A DNA stretch of 64,000 bases from Chrysomallon squamiferum. Taxonomy: Eukaryota > Animalia > Mollusca. The DNA lies in assembly GCA_012295275.1 (NCBI GenBank), contig CM022670.1, positions 11,594,001-11,658,000 on the forward strand. Direction: 5' to 3'. Every line of letters begins with the position of its first letter. Within the stretch, counting starts at the first letter, position 1. Of this stretch, positions 27,789 through 42,681 are shown piece after piece. The notes beneath the pieces were generated by a model. The model worked only from the letters and a program-made list of their open reading frames with translations, made no database searches and had not been told where the DNA came from. A program made the translations under genes and the position numbers.

Positions 27789-28359
27789 ATAAATTTATTA
27801 AATCTCTTACAATAACGTTATTGAACTTTTTGTTGCAGAATTTAATGCAACAAAATATGAAACAGTTCTGTCACTATTTCCACACAATACACAAATGCAC
27901 TCATGCGCAGTTGTTACACATATACAAACAAACAATACATTCAGGAGAGATATTAATGTACTGAACGTATACAAAACGTACTGAAATTACGACAATAACG
28001 TATCATAGTTATATAATTTTTATGTATTTGGAACATTTGTAATTTAACTTTTCATTGATTTATTTATATAATTTTTATTTTTTTACATCAATACATTTTT
28101 TTTTTAAAGATATTGACGTATGTTTTAACATTTAATCAAAGTTTTCCCGTTTCTGCTTAAATGCCAATAAACATTGATTCATCGATCATAAATAAAGGGC
28201 AATAACTCTTAAATCAAATAATCTATAGCATTTGTGTTCACTACTATATTGTTATTAGAAATAAAGACGAAAAGGGAGATGAACAAATTCGAGCATTATT
28301 CGAATACTAATTTTTGTAATATATTGTTTTATATTAAATTAATGTTTTAATCAAGCAAT

Positions 28360-28841
28360 AATTTATTTTACAATAATAAAGGAGTATTGAACTTCTACGA
28401 TGAATGGGCCACAACAACTCATTGAATATTTAGGATTTAATGGCACTGTTTTGTTGTTATTTATTCTTCTCTTACTAATCCAATCACAAATCATAATCAC
28501 AAATCTGAAATAGTATTGTTATCAAAGTTATAACTCACGAATCATAATCAGAAATCTGAAACAGGACTGTTATCAAAGTTATAACTCACAAATCATAATC
28601 AGAAATCTGAAACAGGACAGTTATCAAAGTTATAACTCCAACACGTGTGTGAAGCCATGGTTTAATTAAAAGTAACGGGCGAGTCCGATACACACTTTTA
28701 GATTATCTCAGATCCTCAGTGAAAAGTAATTCTTCAAGAAGTCGACAGTCAAAATAAATTACAGCTGTAAAATCACGAGTGGACAGCGGGATCCAGATTC
28801 AATGGTTTTATGAAAATCTAGTGATTTACCGTAAGCCAGTC
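28360..28841 (+). mobile_element. Interspersed element with an internal 51-bp tandem array, copy 1 (~3 units)
   Basis: Near-identical reverse-complement copy at 37257-37880. Unit CACAAATCATAATCAGAAATCTGAAACAGGACTGTTATCAAAGTTATAACT sits between two conserved flanks. Confidence 0.85.
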
Positions 28842-29437
28842 GTTCAAAAATTAAAAGTTGTTTATGTCTATTTGTTTATTTATTTTTAACTTTTCAAAAT
28901 CATTATGCATTTTAAAAGAGTGACAGAAGCACATTACCAGTATAACTTTATTAAATGTAACAGTAATTACTAAACAACTCGATACTTTATTTTTGAAGAG
29001 TCGCCGTTAAAATATTTTATTTTTAAATTCAGGACTAAGCTAACCTTATCTGTGAGCCGAAATGAGTATTTCCACACTTTATATTTTGTTTTGTTTTTCG
29101 CGTTTTTTTCATATCTTTTTATAACGTTGTGGACAAACAGGCATTCGAAATTTTCTTATATTAGATGAACGATGAAAAACCGAAGACGCTCATAATAAAA
29201 ACAAAATTGTTTTATAATCCAAGGGGACGTAACCGCGAGACAATCACACAGTGTCGCCGTATACTTGACATAATAGAAACATTATTAACACATTTTGTCA
29301 AAATTTATTTATAATTTCGGCTGAAAATATGATTATTATATAACAAAAACAGCACTGTTTTACAAAACAGCAGCGAAGTTAGTTTTTTACAGGTCTGTAG
29401 TAATTTCGTAAATAGTAGATCTCAGATCTTGTACATA

Positions 29438-29477
<40 letters not shown>

Positions 29478-30408
29478 GACAATGTACCTTATTTATTAAA
29501 AATATAAACTGTTTCCTTTAATTGTTGTATTCAGAAATTTTTGCAGATATTATACTGCGTTTATTTCGGTATCCTACATTGAATAATAATACTAACAATA
29601 ATAATAATAATCATAACAACAACAACAACAACAACAATAATAACATTAGTAATAATAATAATAATAATAATATTAATAATAATAATAACAGTAGTAGTAG
29701 TACTAGTACCAGTAAATCAAGGCCTTAAAAGTACATTCTCTTCTGAGATGAAAACATTGAAATGTGTCAGTTTATTATTATTGTTGTTGTTGTTGTTGTT
29801 GTTGTTCACAAAGTAATACTGACAATCACATGGTTTTACGTATACATTTATATTTCCAGCAGAAATCATATAAATTCACTATGACTGAAAACGTACGGGT
29901 GTGTCGCAAATATTTTTTCCATTGTAGACGCTTCAAGGCCATGTAAATAACATTAAATGACCGACTGAATGAGTGAATGAATGAATAAATAAATAAATAA
30001 ATAAATAAATAAATACATCTGTATCAAAAGTGATACACGACTTCCACATAAATAATATTTCAATCAATAACAATCCTGTTTGCCATTTCAAAATCTACAG
30101 CATATTCATCATTCAGATATTTATAATATCTTCCAGTTCAAATCGAAATTTGTTATAAATTTGCGCATCGTTAAACACAACAAATCGGTTTCGTTAGGAC
30201 GCGAAATATTAATATTTTACGATTTTTTCATTTTATATAAAGTAATGGCAGCGATTTTTTTTTTTTCCCCCGAAGTGTAATCGCCAACCGAATAAAATAA
30301 ATTAATAAATAATTTTAAAAAGTAAAAAAAAAAAAAAAAAAAACAAAACAAATAAATAAATAAATAAATAAATTAAATAAATAAATATAAATAAATAAAT
30401 AAATAAAT

Positions 30409-30440
<32 letters not shown>

Positions 30441-30952
30441 AAAAAAAAATAAATAAATAAATAAATAAAAATAAAATAAAATAATTAAAAAAAATATAAA
30501 TAACAAGAACAACAAAAACAACGAACAAAGCAAATAATAAATAAATAAATAAATAAATGAATGAATGAATGAATGAATGAATGAATGAATGAATGAATAA
30601 ATAAATAATAAATAAAAATAAATAATAATAAAAAATAAATAAAAAATAAAAAATAAGTTAACAGAATGAAACGAAACCCATAAAATCTTAAGAAGATATT
30701 AAATATAATTTATCATTCGCTCGTAAGCAATTCTCTCTAGCCATTAGTCATTCAGAATTTCTATATTTCATCTCATGGTACCTTGGAATGCTTGGTCAGT
30801 AATATTAATTGTCAAAAAAGGTTCACATAATTATGTCGAGAAAGGAAAAAAAAAAAAAGAATGAATAGTTGCGACCTTTTATTACAAGTAAAGAAGTGCA
30901 TGTGAGTATTATTATTTGGACCATTTTAAATTTTATTTTTAATATTTTATTG

Positions 30953-31003
<51 letters not shown>

Positions 31004-31651
31004 TTTTATTTTTATTTGTTCGTTCACTGTTTGTCAGTTCATTTGATTACTTTATTTTTATTTATTGATTTTGTTTTATTTTGTTTAAAGCTCTCCTAGT
31101 GTGAGTGTGTGTATGTGGGTTTGTCAACTTATAAGAACAGCCATTATTAATTAAGCTAAACTGACAGTTGTTTTAAAAGTAATCAGCGAGTGATGTCATA
31201 AAAGTATAAGAAAATATTCTAGTTTTTCGCTTCTTCTCAAAAAAACAAAACAAAAAAAAACAGTAATATTTGTTTTTGGAATTCAACAAAAAGAATGGAA
31301 TATAATCATGAATGTTTAGATTTCTTATTAGCCGTTTTTAAAAGGCTAATTTTACAATGGCCATTCATTAATTACGACACTGAGATAAAATTATTGTTTT
31401 TTTTGTTTTTTTTTCGAACTTGCTGTAAATTAAGAAATTAGAAAAGTAAAAGGACAGGATTATAGTGAAACAAATAAAATAACAATAATAATAATAATAA
31501 ATAAATAAATAAAATTTAAAAAAAAAAAAGAGAAGAAAAACGAAAGAAATAATAAAATCGATCTATACAAAAAAAAAAAAATAAAAATAAAAAATAATTA
31601 AAAAAAAAAAAAAAAAAATAAGAAGAAGAAGAAAATAATAATAATAATAAA

Positions 31652-31683
<32 letters not shown>

Positions 31684-32510
31684 GGGAAGAAAAACAATTC
31701 AAACTAAAAACAAACATAAAATAGAAACAAAGAGTACAACTCCTTTAAAAAAAAAAAAAAAGAATTAAGGACTAACGATCGTTCTTCTTTTCAGCCCGAG
31801 ACAGCTGATCCCTAAATTTATACACTTTCCCACACGACGTTGACACACGATGGTCAATAACGGTCAACTGTCAACATCAATTACTTGAACGCCGCAAACC
31901 AAGTTAGGGTTAGCTCGCATTACGGAACAAGATGTAGGAAGAAGGGTTGTATCTCGAAAGAAGCTCTTTGCTTTCTGCCTTTCAGTAGTTGTGGTGATAG
32001 ACGCGATGGAATGATAGCATTTGTATTTTCGTGAATGCATTGATTTCCAGCTGGAGAGCAACAGGAAATGAAGTAAACAGGCTAGTCAACAAGCAACAAC
32101 GCGCAGTTAATTCTAATTATAGTTTCATATCTGTCTGTCATCATCATCATCATCATCTTCATCATTTATAATAATAATAATAATAATACATTATTTATTT
32201 ATTTATTTATTTAATGAAAGAACTAATTCTGAAGGCCTTTTTTAGCATAAGAGACATATTTTCGGATTGAGATACACGATTTTATTGCATTTTAAATTTC
32301 GTTCAAAACAAATAAATTACTTATGTATATGCACGTGTATTCTTTTAAAGGATGATCCGGATGAAATGACAAGATGTATTTGAATATCTTATATTGGAAA
32401 AGGTTTCATTTGTTTAATCCTTATGTTTTGAAAACAAACTGAAAGTTAACATTATAGTGCAAAAGCCAAAAAACTATGTAAACTGCAAAAATTTTAATAA
32501 CAACATTTTC

Positions 32511-32572
<62 letters not shown>

Positions 32573-32966
32573 TATATTAGTTTTACAAGCACAAAAATTA
32601 TTATTATTATTATTATATTTTTTTTTTTTCTTGAGCGTTTTCTTTTTTATTTAAAATAAAATATTCAGGATAAGAAAACACTGGCATTTGAATATCTGTA
32701 CTGGCGAATGAATACATCGCAGAAATGAAATAAGATAGTTATATTCGAGGTCGAAAAAACTGGTTTTAAAACAGTCTCTGATACTTTTAATCTATTAACA
32801 ATGTAACTTTTTTAATGTTTGTTTATTTCGTACTTATTTTCCATTTGATTATGTTCACACCACTTGCCAAAAGTGAAAAGTACGTTACCATTAAATTATC
32901 ATAAATTATAACTGCAGCCGTGTTCAACATAAATATTTATAAAAACTAAAAAAATATATAAAACGA

Positions 32967-33014
<48 letters not shown>

Positions 33015-33249
33015 TGATGATGATGATAATAATAATAACGACAACACAACAACAATAATAATAATAATAATAAGAAGAAAAACAACAACAACAACATGAT
33101 GAAGAAGAAAAAAAACAAAAACAATTCTATGGAAAAAATATTTTTCTGTCTGATATTTATGGTAAAACTAAATAAAAGCAAGTATAAACTATATATATAT
33201 ATATATATATAAAATCAAGAAATCACAGTTCGATATTATGCAAACGATT

Positions 33250-34517
33250 ATGAAAGTCACCCACAGTGACAACGACACACCAAACTACGTTGGCGCCTTT
33301 CTCCCCGACCAATACGCATTGTTAATTACATTGTGCCTCGACAGATGCACGTGACTTGACTGATCTCCCCGCAGCATGTGACACACGACCGACTCATCTG
33401 CTCTCAGATTCATTGCTTCGAGAGGCATCATTAAATATTTCCAATCGTCTCTATCTAACTCGTGAGGAATCCACCGGGGTTTGTATTAATGAAGAGCGGT
33501 TTGCTAGCGTTTTGAAGATTATCTTGCCATAACTATATTGGAGACATTGATTTATTTCATCCAGCGGTCTCCGTTGACTGCAGTTTTCGCGGATGGTCCC
33601 CGAATAGCACCAGAACTGTGGAGTGTACCGCGAAGACGGGCTGAAGAATGAAAATGGATTAAAATCTATTGTACAGCGATCCCCAGATGCGTCCAGTTGC
33701 GACCGCACACAAACCGCTTAAGCTGGTTTCCAGCCTCCGAAATCTTTTGACAGGATAATTCGTACTGGAAAAGTGTGTGATCCACACTCGCGTTACGCCA
33801 CTCGCTGGATTCCTTACGTGAGAATGGAACATCATCATTGGCGACAACATTTTCTTTAACTAGAGGCATTTGTCTCAAATAAATAGTGTATCCTTCACAT
33901 TTGCCAATAACTTGGGCTTTTGGGCTTTGTATTCAGTTCGTGCCAATTATGGCCTCGAAGGGAACTGTGTCAGTTCGTCGAATGCCACAAACAGACACGC
34001 AAATGGCATTTCAATTCCAGCAGCGCCTTCAGGGTTTGGCAAAAGAAATTGCTATTTCAAAGTTCAACTATGGACATGCTTCGCGCCATTCCTTAATAGC
34101 TGGTGCTTCATAGGTGACCACGTGATTAATCTTGGATCAAGAAATGTCCGCTTGAATATGGAACTGCTTCGGGCTTTGTATCAAATACAGGCATTTACTG
34201 AGAGAAGTATATTATTGTGTACGTACACCGTCATCAGCGCATCTACATTTTCGAGACGACTGCAGTTAATATGTTTTCTTTTCTGTCAAACACTCCCCGT
34301 GGCATTTACGTATTTTGTACCATACGGTTAATGGTAGGAGAGAATTGTGTTGTGCGTCTGTGTGCCCGTGTGTTGTTGTTGCTGCTGTTTGCGGGATGTG
34401 TGTGGTGATGTACGTCGTACACACGGTGACGCACCAACGCTCGGGAAGGCCTTCTACCCCTGTGTGAAGGAATCACAGCGACTGTGAGACTCGCGACATG
34501 CGGCAGATTAACACACC
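33250..34517 (+). promoter_or_regulatory. CpG-rich promoter / long 5' leader of the glutamate-receptor-like gene
   Basis: ~1.3 kb that is visibly richer in GC and CpG, free of long microsatellites and runs into the ATG. It has CACGTG E-boxes (~33348, ~34119) and several upstream ATGs. The TSS cannot be determined. Confidence 0.55.
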
Positions 34518-34907
34518 ATGTCCGGGAAGACAATGTTTCGTTTGATGTTTCTGCTTATACTTTGTACGTTGTCTGTTGCCAGTGGTGGTACAGTGCAGCA
34601 ACCGGTTGTAAATATTGCAGGGATCTTCGAGAAGGATTCCGACGTTTTGGTAAAGGCGTTCCATTCGGCAGTGAAAGAGTTTAACAACTCTACCAATAAG
34701 ATCCGCCTCCGGGGACATGCCGTAGTTGCCTACGGAGACGTTTACGACGCCATTCAGAATACCTGTTTTCTTTTGGATAACCAGAGTTTTCATATCTTTC
34801 TTACTTTTGCGAACACGTCGACCGTGCATAGCCTCAACATGATATCTAGCATTCTTGGTATGCCTGTCATGGGATATATTATGGATAATGTCGATAAAAA
34901 CGTGCAG
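34518..34907 (+). CDS. First coding exon of a probable ionotropic glutamate receptor (signal peptide + LIVBP-type amino-terminal domain, NMDA GluN2/GluN3-like); gene continues past the window
   Basis: 130 codons ending CAG|GTAAGA. Signal peptide MFRLMFLLILCTLSVASG, then VVNIAGIF...AFHSAVKEFN...AIQNTCFLL...ISSILGMPVMGY, matching the ATD pattern (NIG/AxIF, AFxxAV, conserved Cys, xxxLxIPVIG). N-glycosylation sequons are present. Subfamily is uncertain and other LIVBP-domain receptors are not excluded. Confidence 0.75.
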
Positions 34908-35339
34908 GTAAGAGCCTCCTTTTAAATTTTGAGTACACCTGTATGTTTGTGTGTATGTGTGTGTGTGTTTGTAGTCATGTTTATATTATGTATGTATGTA
35001 TACGAATGAATGAATATGAATGAATGTGTATGAATGATCGACTTTGAATGAATGAACATCAAAAATGAACATGAATAAATGGACTATGAATGGATGAATA
35101 CGACTGAATGAATACGAATGAATAAATATGAATGAATGAACATCAAAAATGAACATGAATAAATGAAATATGAATGAATGAATACGACTGAATGAATATT
35201 ACTATATATATATGTTTACATATATGTCTATATGTATATCAGTATGCATATATGTATTGTATGTATGAATGTATTAATTTATTTATTTATTATTTTTATT
35301 TGTGTGTGTGTGTCTGTGTGTGTGTGTCTATGTGTGTGT

Positions 35340-35378
<39 letters not shown>

Positions 35379-36042
35379 TGCTGTGTGTATGGTGAGATGT
35401 TTTTTGTCTGAGTATTTTCTAGATGCTGATGACTTCGATATACTTCATTCTTCTTCTTCTTTTTTTTTCATTCCCAAAAGACCGCTAGGAAATGTGTAAG
35501 GTTGAGTTTTACAATAAAAACATTCAGATATCATTCAGCCTTTATAAGTAATATCCAGAAAGTGTCTGGGGAGTAATCAGCTGCAATCACAGTTGTTTAA
35601 AAATAGTGGAAAATGCGCAGTTCTGCAATTTACATAGAGATTGAACGGCGTCATTTTAATGTTTTTAATCTTTAGTATTGTTTGAACAGTTGACCGTAAT
35701 TTTTTAAAATCCAGCAGCACAAGTTGAAGAGAAACGTGGCTTAATTAAATAAACGGTTTAAATAAACGTTTTCATTGTTTGCCCCAAATCTGGAACCGTA
35801 AACAAAATTTCCCAGATTAATATTTGCTTTGAAAGAAAGGGGAGGGGAATTCTTCTTTTTTTTTTTTTTTTTTTTTTTATGCTGTGCGCTGAGGTTTAAT
35901 GTAACGATGTTTTTCTTTTTGTCTGAAAAACAAGATGGAGAAGAGGTTTAAATATTTTATTTAAAATTTTGTGATATTAGAAATAAAGAAGTTTATTTAA
36001 TTTAATTAGTAAAATAAAATTAAATGATAACAGAATCAACTG

Positions 36043-36081
<39 letters not shown>

Positions 36082-37077
36082 GAGAAAATGTAATTTTTCT
36101 ATACCTATCTACGTTTCAAAATATATAACACACACATACACATGTACGTGTCAATTGGCTTCGTTCGTTATTTCTTTAACCATCTTGAAAATTCGTCTGC
36201 TTGAACTGTCATATAATCACGATGATTCAGTAACAAAACCAATCCAATGAAATAATCAAATAGCAAAAGCCGCATTAGAAGTCGCTTTTTGACAATTTAG
36301 CTACTCCGACACGACACGACACGAAAACACCAGACCACGTGACCAGCACGGGGAAATTAAAAGTAGGTCGATGGACTAGGCAGACGATGTGGTAACAAGT
36401 TGTCAGCACTGGCGCCTCATTCAGATTACTGCACATGCAGGACGTCTTGATGCGATTCCAGGCGAATAGTGATTGTTTTACCACCCTGCAGATCATGCTC
36501 GTATTTTGCGAGAAGTGTTTGTTCAACGATTAGCACAGTTTCGCATATTATTTTATTATCATTATTATCGTTCTCCTTCTTCTTCTTATTTTTTTTTTTT
36601 TTTATTTTAATTTTATTTAGGCTACAGTTAAACCTTTTTTAAAAAAAAAATGTAAAACTAATCAGTAGGAAATCACATTGTTGACATCTTTAACGTTTGG
36701 ATGACAAGTCACTAATTGTTTTGATTGGAAACCAAGGCGTAATCCATAATTCCAAAAAGAATGTTAAATTGTAATAGGTATCCTGCATTGTTATTACTCT
36801 TATTTAATACAAATTCTGAAACTGTCAGTAAAAACATGTATATAATTATTATATACACACAGAGACACACACACACACACACACACATTCACACATACAC
36901 ATATATACCAGGTAATAAAAGGTCATTTGAATGATCAGTATTTGTGAAATTGTTTTAAATCTTAGTTCCATGAAAAATTCTTTGAAAAGCTTATTAACAA
37001 TGCACTATTATTTGTTCTTATTTTAATCGGCTATTTTAATTAAGATAAAATACACCAGTGTGCTTCTGTGTGTGTGC

Positions 37078-37127
<50 letters not shown>

Positions 37128-37256
37128 CAAAAACACAACACACACACACAAAAATAAACAAAAATAATAAAAAAAAAAAAAAAAAAAAAATTAAAATAAA
37201 TAAATAAATAAATAACACAGACAAAACAATTTGTATTATTTTTAATTATTAAAAAT

Positions 37257-37880
37257 GACTGGCTTACGGTAAATCACTGGATTTTCATAAACCATTCAAT
37301 CTGGATCCCGCTGTCCACTCGTGATTTTACAGCTGTAATTTATTTTGACTGTCGACTTCTTGAAGAATTACTTTTCACTGAGGATCTGAGATAATCTAAA
37401 AGTGTGTATCGGACTCGCCCGTTACTTTTAATTAAACCATGGCTTCACACACGTGTTGGAGTTATAACTTTGATAACAGTCCTGTTTCAGATTTCTGATT
37501 ATGATTTGTGTGTTATAACTTTGATAACAGTCCTGTTTCAGATTTCTGATTATGATTTGTGAGTTATAACTTTGATAACAGTCCTGTTTCAGATTTCTGA
37601 TTATGATAACTTTGATAACAGTCCTGTTTCAGATTTCTAATTATGATTTGTGAGTTATAACTTTGATAACAATACTATTTCAGATTTCTGATTATAATTT
37701 GTGAGTTATAACTTTGATAACAATACAATTTCAGAATTCTGATTATGATTTGTGATTGGATTAGTAAGAGAAGAATAAAAACACGATAAAACAGAGCCAT
37801 CAAGTCCTAAATATTCAATGAATTGTTGTGGCTCATTCATCGTAGAAGTTCAATACTCCTTTATTACTGTAAAATAAATT
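37257..37880 (-). mobile_element. Interspersed element with an internal 51-bp tandem array, copy 2 (~5-6 units, one truncated)
   Basis: Reverse complement of 28360-28841 with an expanded central array (~37460-37755). Confidence 0.85.
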
Positions 37881-38237
37881 TCGTAAAATTAGTATTCTTA
37901 AATAGTTCATTCGTATAACTCGTCTGAAGAAAACCCTTAAAAAATAAGAAAATAAATAAAAACAATCGTATTACATTTGTTATAAAATTTAATATAATAA
38001 ACGAAAGGTTTCTGTTGTGAAAAATATATATTGATATATTATGAATTATGCAGCTGTAAAACTTGACAGCAAACTCGTTATGGATTATTTCGAGGAATTC
38101 GACCGTACTGAATCTAACTGAAATGCTTTCGATCATGTATCAGTCTGAATTTCGCGAATCCCATTTATAGATTTTCTATTGTAATATCAATAATTAAAAT
38201 CACAAGAAGAAATATTTAATATATAATTTTATCACAG

Positions 38238-38289
<52 letters not shown>

Positions 38290-39909
38290 TATAATCTATG
38301 TTGTAGGTGATTAAGGCAGAAATAAATACGATTATCATATTTTCAACTTACTGTTTATATTATTTTATTTATTATAGTTTCTGCCAACAATAAAAATAAC
38401 ATTAGACAGGCGTTGAGCTATCATGGAAATCATTGTCAGGAATACTAATCATGGGCCAGTTTAAAAGAAAGACATCACAGTCATTCGAAATTTCAAAATG
38501 GGTGCCATTTTGTGAGACGACTTCTAACTCATAGAACTCAGCATCTTGTTATAGAGACAGATCCAGTAAATTTAATTTTGGGTGCGAACACAAACTGTGA
38601 ATAAATGCATTTTATTCTTTATTTGTACGCGGCAGCCTGTTACCTAATAAGAAGGTGTAGCAGCAGAACGATTCCAGGGAGTCTTTATTCTCGTTTTCTC
38701 CCGAGTCCGCTATCCACAGCGTCTGTCGGGCGATTACGATGAGCAATTAAAGCTAAGCTGTAATCAATCACATGCTATCAGATTATGGCAGTGAACAACA
38801 GGATAAAGCCAGTGTTCTCTGTAATTAACTGGCAATTATCTGTTGCCTCTGTATTTGTGACATCATCGCGTGAATGGCAGAATAATGTTCATCAATTCTT
38901 GGCAGGATAACGAGAGGGAAAAAATGTACACACACACACACACACAACACACACACATAAACATACACAGTATATATATATATATAAGATTCTGACATCA
39001 TGACGAAAGGTCATACCGGATTAAGTAAATCTCTGTTATGCAATGCTATTAAAGCTAAATGAGTGCTATAGTTCACAAACGTATTAAAAACGCTATACTA
39101 CATGATGCTAATTACTGCATAAATCCAGTAACAATCAAAATAATATCCTCTTTATGACAATCCAAACACAAGCAATTTTAAAGAAACTTCAAAAGTGAAC
39201 TGACCATGTATATATTCATTCCTTACCTATTCTTGTAAAAAGAAGCTAACGTTTCATTTTATTTCTGTTTATAGGAAGAATAAGTCCCATAATGATTGGA
39301 CAATAAATGGATTTTTTAGGGGGGTAAAAAATGATTTCGATGACGAAAATAGCGTCATCGGCAAGCCAAAGTCTTAGCTATTCACCTTCTTCAAACAAAC
39401 AAACAAAAAAAGTCTCTTCCATTCTGTAGGCCGATGAAATAAAATTCGGCAGTGATAGCTAACATTTTCCCCTCACTCAAATGCTACACCAGATGTCTTC
39501 CAAAAGTTCGGATGGCAAATAAAACTCTTCAAAATAACGAAAGCGCGTCATTAATAACTTTCTTATAACCCACACGATATGGAACTGTCTGTCATCTTCA
39601 AGACTGATCAGGAGTGCTTTTACTATTCAAGTTAAATAACGATTATTCCGTGGTTTCAGTATTTCTTTATACACTTGCGACCATAAAACATGATCTGTCG
39701 TTTGTATGCGTTTAGGGCACAAACCGGATATATATTTTTGGTGTGAATCCAATATTAATATTTTTTTATTTTTTTTTTTTTTTTTTTTTTGCAAGAGGAA
39801 TTTAAGTTGACTTTCTGTAAAAAGTTAATAATGCAGGATATATGAGCTTTTGCTCACCATGACGAATATGCAGCTAACATATTGACTGCACCAGTATTTT
39901 CACAACTGC

Positions 39910-39967
<58 letters not shown>

Positions 39968-40265
39968 CACACACATATTGGAAAAAAAATTTTTTTACTT
40001 TTTATTTAACGCAATAAAACCTTTTTGAGAACTGTTTAGTATAGATGTTTTCTACACTTGGATAGATATCTAAAAGATACTTACAAAATAAAGTACATTG
40101 GGATACCCAATAACGAATCTAGTAGTGTTCCAGAACCTCAGTGGTTATACGGTTCGTCCGTCGTACATGTTATAACGGAAAATCCGTTCCTAGCCCCAAA
40201 TACACCCTCTAAAAAACGATAAATAAGTTTATTTAACTCCTGAAATGAAAAATGTCATTAATGCT

Positions 40266-40421
40266 TTATTTTAATGACTGAGAAGAGGTGGAAGGAGAGA
40301 AGTAATCCTTCTTGGCCTTCTTTGGCAGTTCGTCTGTAGGAGGTCTCTTAAAGAAGGAATCCAGGTTTGACTGCTTTAACCTGGATTTCTGGACCTTCCA
40401 AAACCGGGCCATCAATGTGTT
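40266..40421 (-). mobile_element. pogo/Tigger-like transposase C-terminal relic
   Basis: The minus strand reads NTLMARFWKVQKSRLKQSNLDSFFKRPPTDELPKKAKKDYFSPSTSSQSLK*. KQSNLDSFF is the QxxLxxFF PIP-box typical of pogo/Tigger transposase C-termini. The frame is truncated upstream. Confidence 0.6.
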
Positions 40422-42212
40422 ATAGGGTACCCCACTTGTGTACACAGAAAATGAAAATGTTATGAATTTAGTTTAATTCGAGCTGTACCTTCATCTACCT
40501 TCATCACGTGGGGTGGGGAAATAAAAAAAAAAAAAAAAAACTTATATTAAAATTAAGTAAACAAAAAGAAAAATCTGCAGCACTTAAAAATTTGAATGCT
40601 TTAAGAAAAATAATAATAAATATATGATATTGAAAAAAGAAAAAGTGAAAAAAGAAAAAAAAAAAAAAAAAAAAAAAATAAAAAAGAAAAAAGAAATAAG
40701 AAGAAAAAAGAAAAGAAAACCATACTCCTTTGGGATAAAAATGCACACCATAGGTCATCTGTTTCATGAATATGATATTATTTTATGTCAGTTTGTCTGT
40801 AGACATTTGGTCCAGTGTTATGCTCGTCTGCATTCCCAAGAGTGGTTTTGTGAAAACTGCAGGAACATGAACAGAAAAGTGAAAAGGGCTTGCGAATTGT
40901 GAGAAATAAAACAGACCACGAGAAAGTGAAGTGGTGAGGTCCTGCGTCTCACAAAAAGTGTTATCCAGGGTCTCTTTTGTTTCTCTAACCCGGCATCGAA
41001 TGGCCACTATTAAGTCTTACCTAATTCGATAAGGTAATATTTCTTCATTTCTTTGTTCCGTTGCTGTTTATTGTTTTGATAATCATTTGTTTCACCCTGC
41101 ACCAATCGGGGATCAGTTACTACAAGAGTAAGTATTCAGTTAGATTACTTTAAATCGTAGCGACAGAAAATTCGATAATGTGTTTGAACTGACGAACTTC
41201 TGACAGACACAGAAACAGCGTTACTTTCCAAGCCGTAAAATCTTTATGATCAGTAAATATTTGATGACGTTTTTCTCAGTGTTTGTTAGTGTTTGTTTAC
41301 TCTCTGTATGTGTCCCTTTGTGAGAGCGTGCGGTGCGTAATTTGTGTGTGTATTAATACCACTGCAGATAACATTCGAAGATCAGGGATAATTAATATAT
41401 TAGCAATTAACTTCTCTTGTTAATTTGTTTGCTGACCTTTGACATGCATTTATTATAATATATGATGATAATATTAATATATAACTTTAATTGTTGATCA
41501 GTATTATAATTAATTAACTTTAAAAATATAATAGAGGTATATTTTTGTGTTTATAGTTCTTTTAAAACGGTCATTACTGTTTCAGGATTATTGTATTTAA
41601 AGTATAATTGTATTTCTCTGATTTTTATTGTAAAAAAAATATAAAGATAAAAGGACATGTACTGTTGTATCTCTGAAATAAGTCTAAATGAATAAATAAA
41701 GGCAGCGATTTAAATATTTAACAATGTTAATATTCCTTTCATAAAGATCACGTATTATTTTTAAAAAACTGAATAAATATATATAAATCAACATATATAT
41801 AAAAAATGAAAATATAAAAATAAAAAAAAAAAAAAAAAATAAATATTAAAAAAAATCAAGTTCAGTACGTTCATTTTATTTTTGTTAATTTGTTGTTTTT
41901 TATTTTTTTTTTTTACCGATTGAAGCTCGGTTTTCTAGAAAATACTACTGAAATAAAAAAACGTGATTTTCGTGACAGGAAGAAGCGCGTGCTAACAGTT
42001 TATCGAGCTGCGTGAGAACTCGAGTCACAACCGCGGAAACACGAAACGCTTGTAACGTCATTTAACCTGGAGCAAAGGTCACCGAACGATTTTCACTGTC
42101 AACCCCATAATGGAATCCTTGACCCGTTACAGCCGACCTTTTCAGTTTATTATAATTAAGAATAATGCAACAATGATAATAAAAGTTAGAATGGCTCAAT
42201 AAAAACTAAAAC

Positions 42213-42267
<55 letters not shown>

Positions 42268-42681
42268 CATTACAAATAAACTAACTCCACCGTTTTATTC
42301 AGACTCTAAAGGGAGTGTGATGTTGTTGATGATTTTCGAGAAGAGCAATAACATTTGGTTGAAAACTGTCAAGTTTTTGTTACCAATTCTCCAAGATCTT
42401 CATCTTGTTTTGTTAACTCAGTTTACATGAATAAAACTCGCTTCAGTCATTCAGAACACAGGAGTAAACATGTTTTACACTCGACTGTTTGTTAACTGTT
42501 TTTTATTTACATTACTACAAAAGTGGACAATTAATTGATTAAATCTAAACCTGGAATCGATCCCTAGTGATTTTCTAATCACCGAAATGTATCATCGATC
42601 AATGGCGGAGAAAAGTAACTGAACAGAAGTCAAAACGGTTCAGAGGTTATACGAACAGTGTTCCGATGTGAAATACGATAT

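Noticed and set aside
33451-34829. Overlapping ORFs around the receptor leader (e.g. 33870-34331, 153 aa; 34473-34829 antisense)
   Set aside because: Non-ATG starts or antisense shadows with no recognisable domain; explained by locally higher GC.
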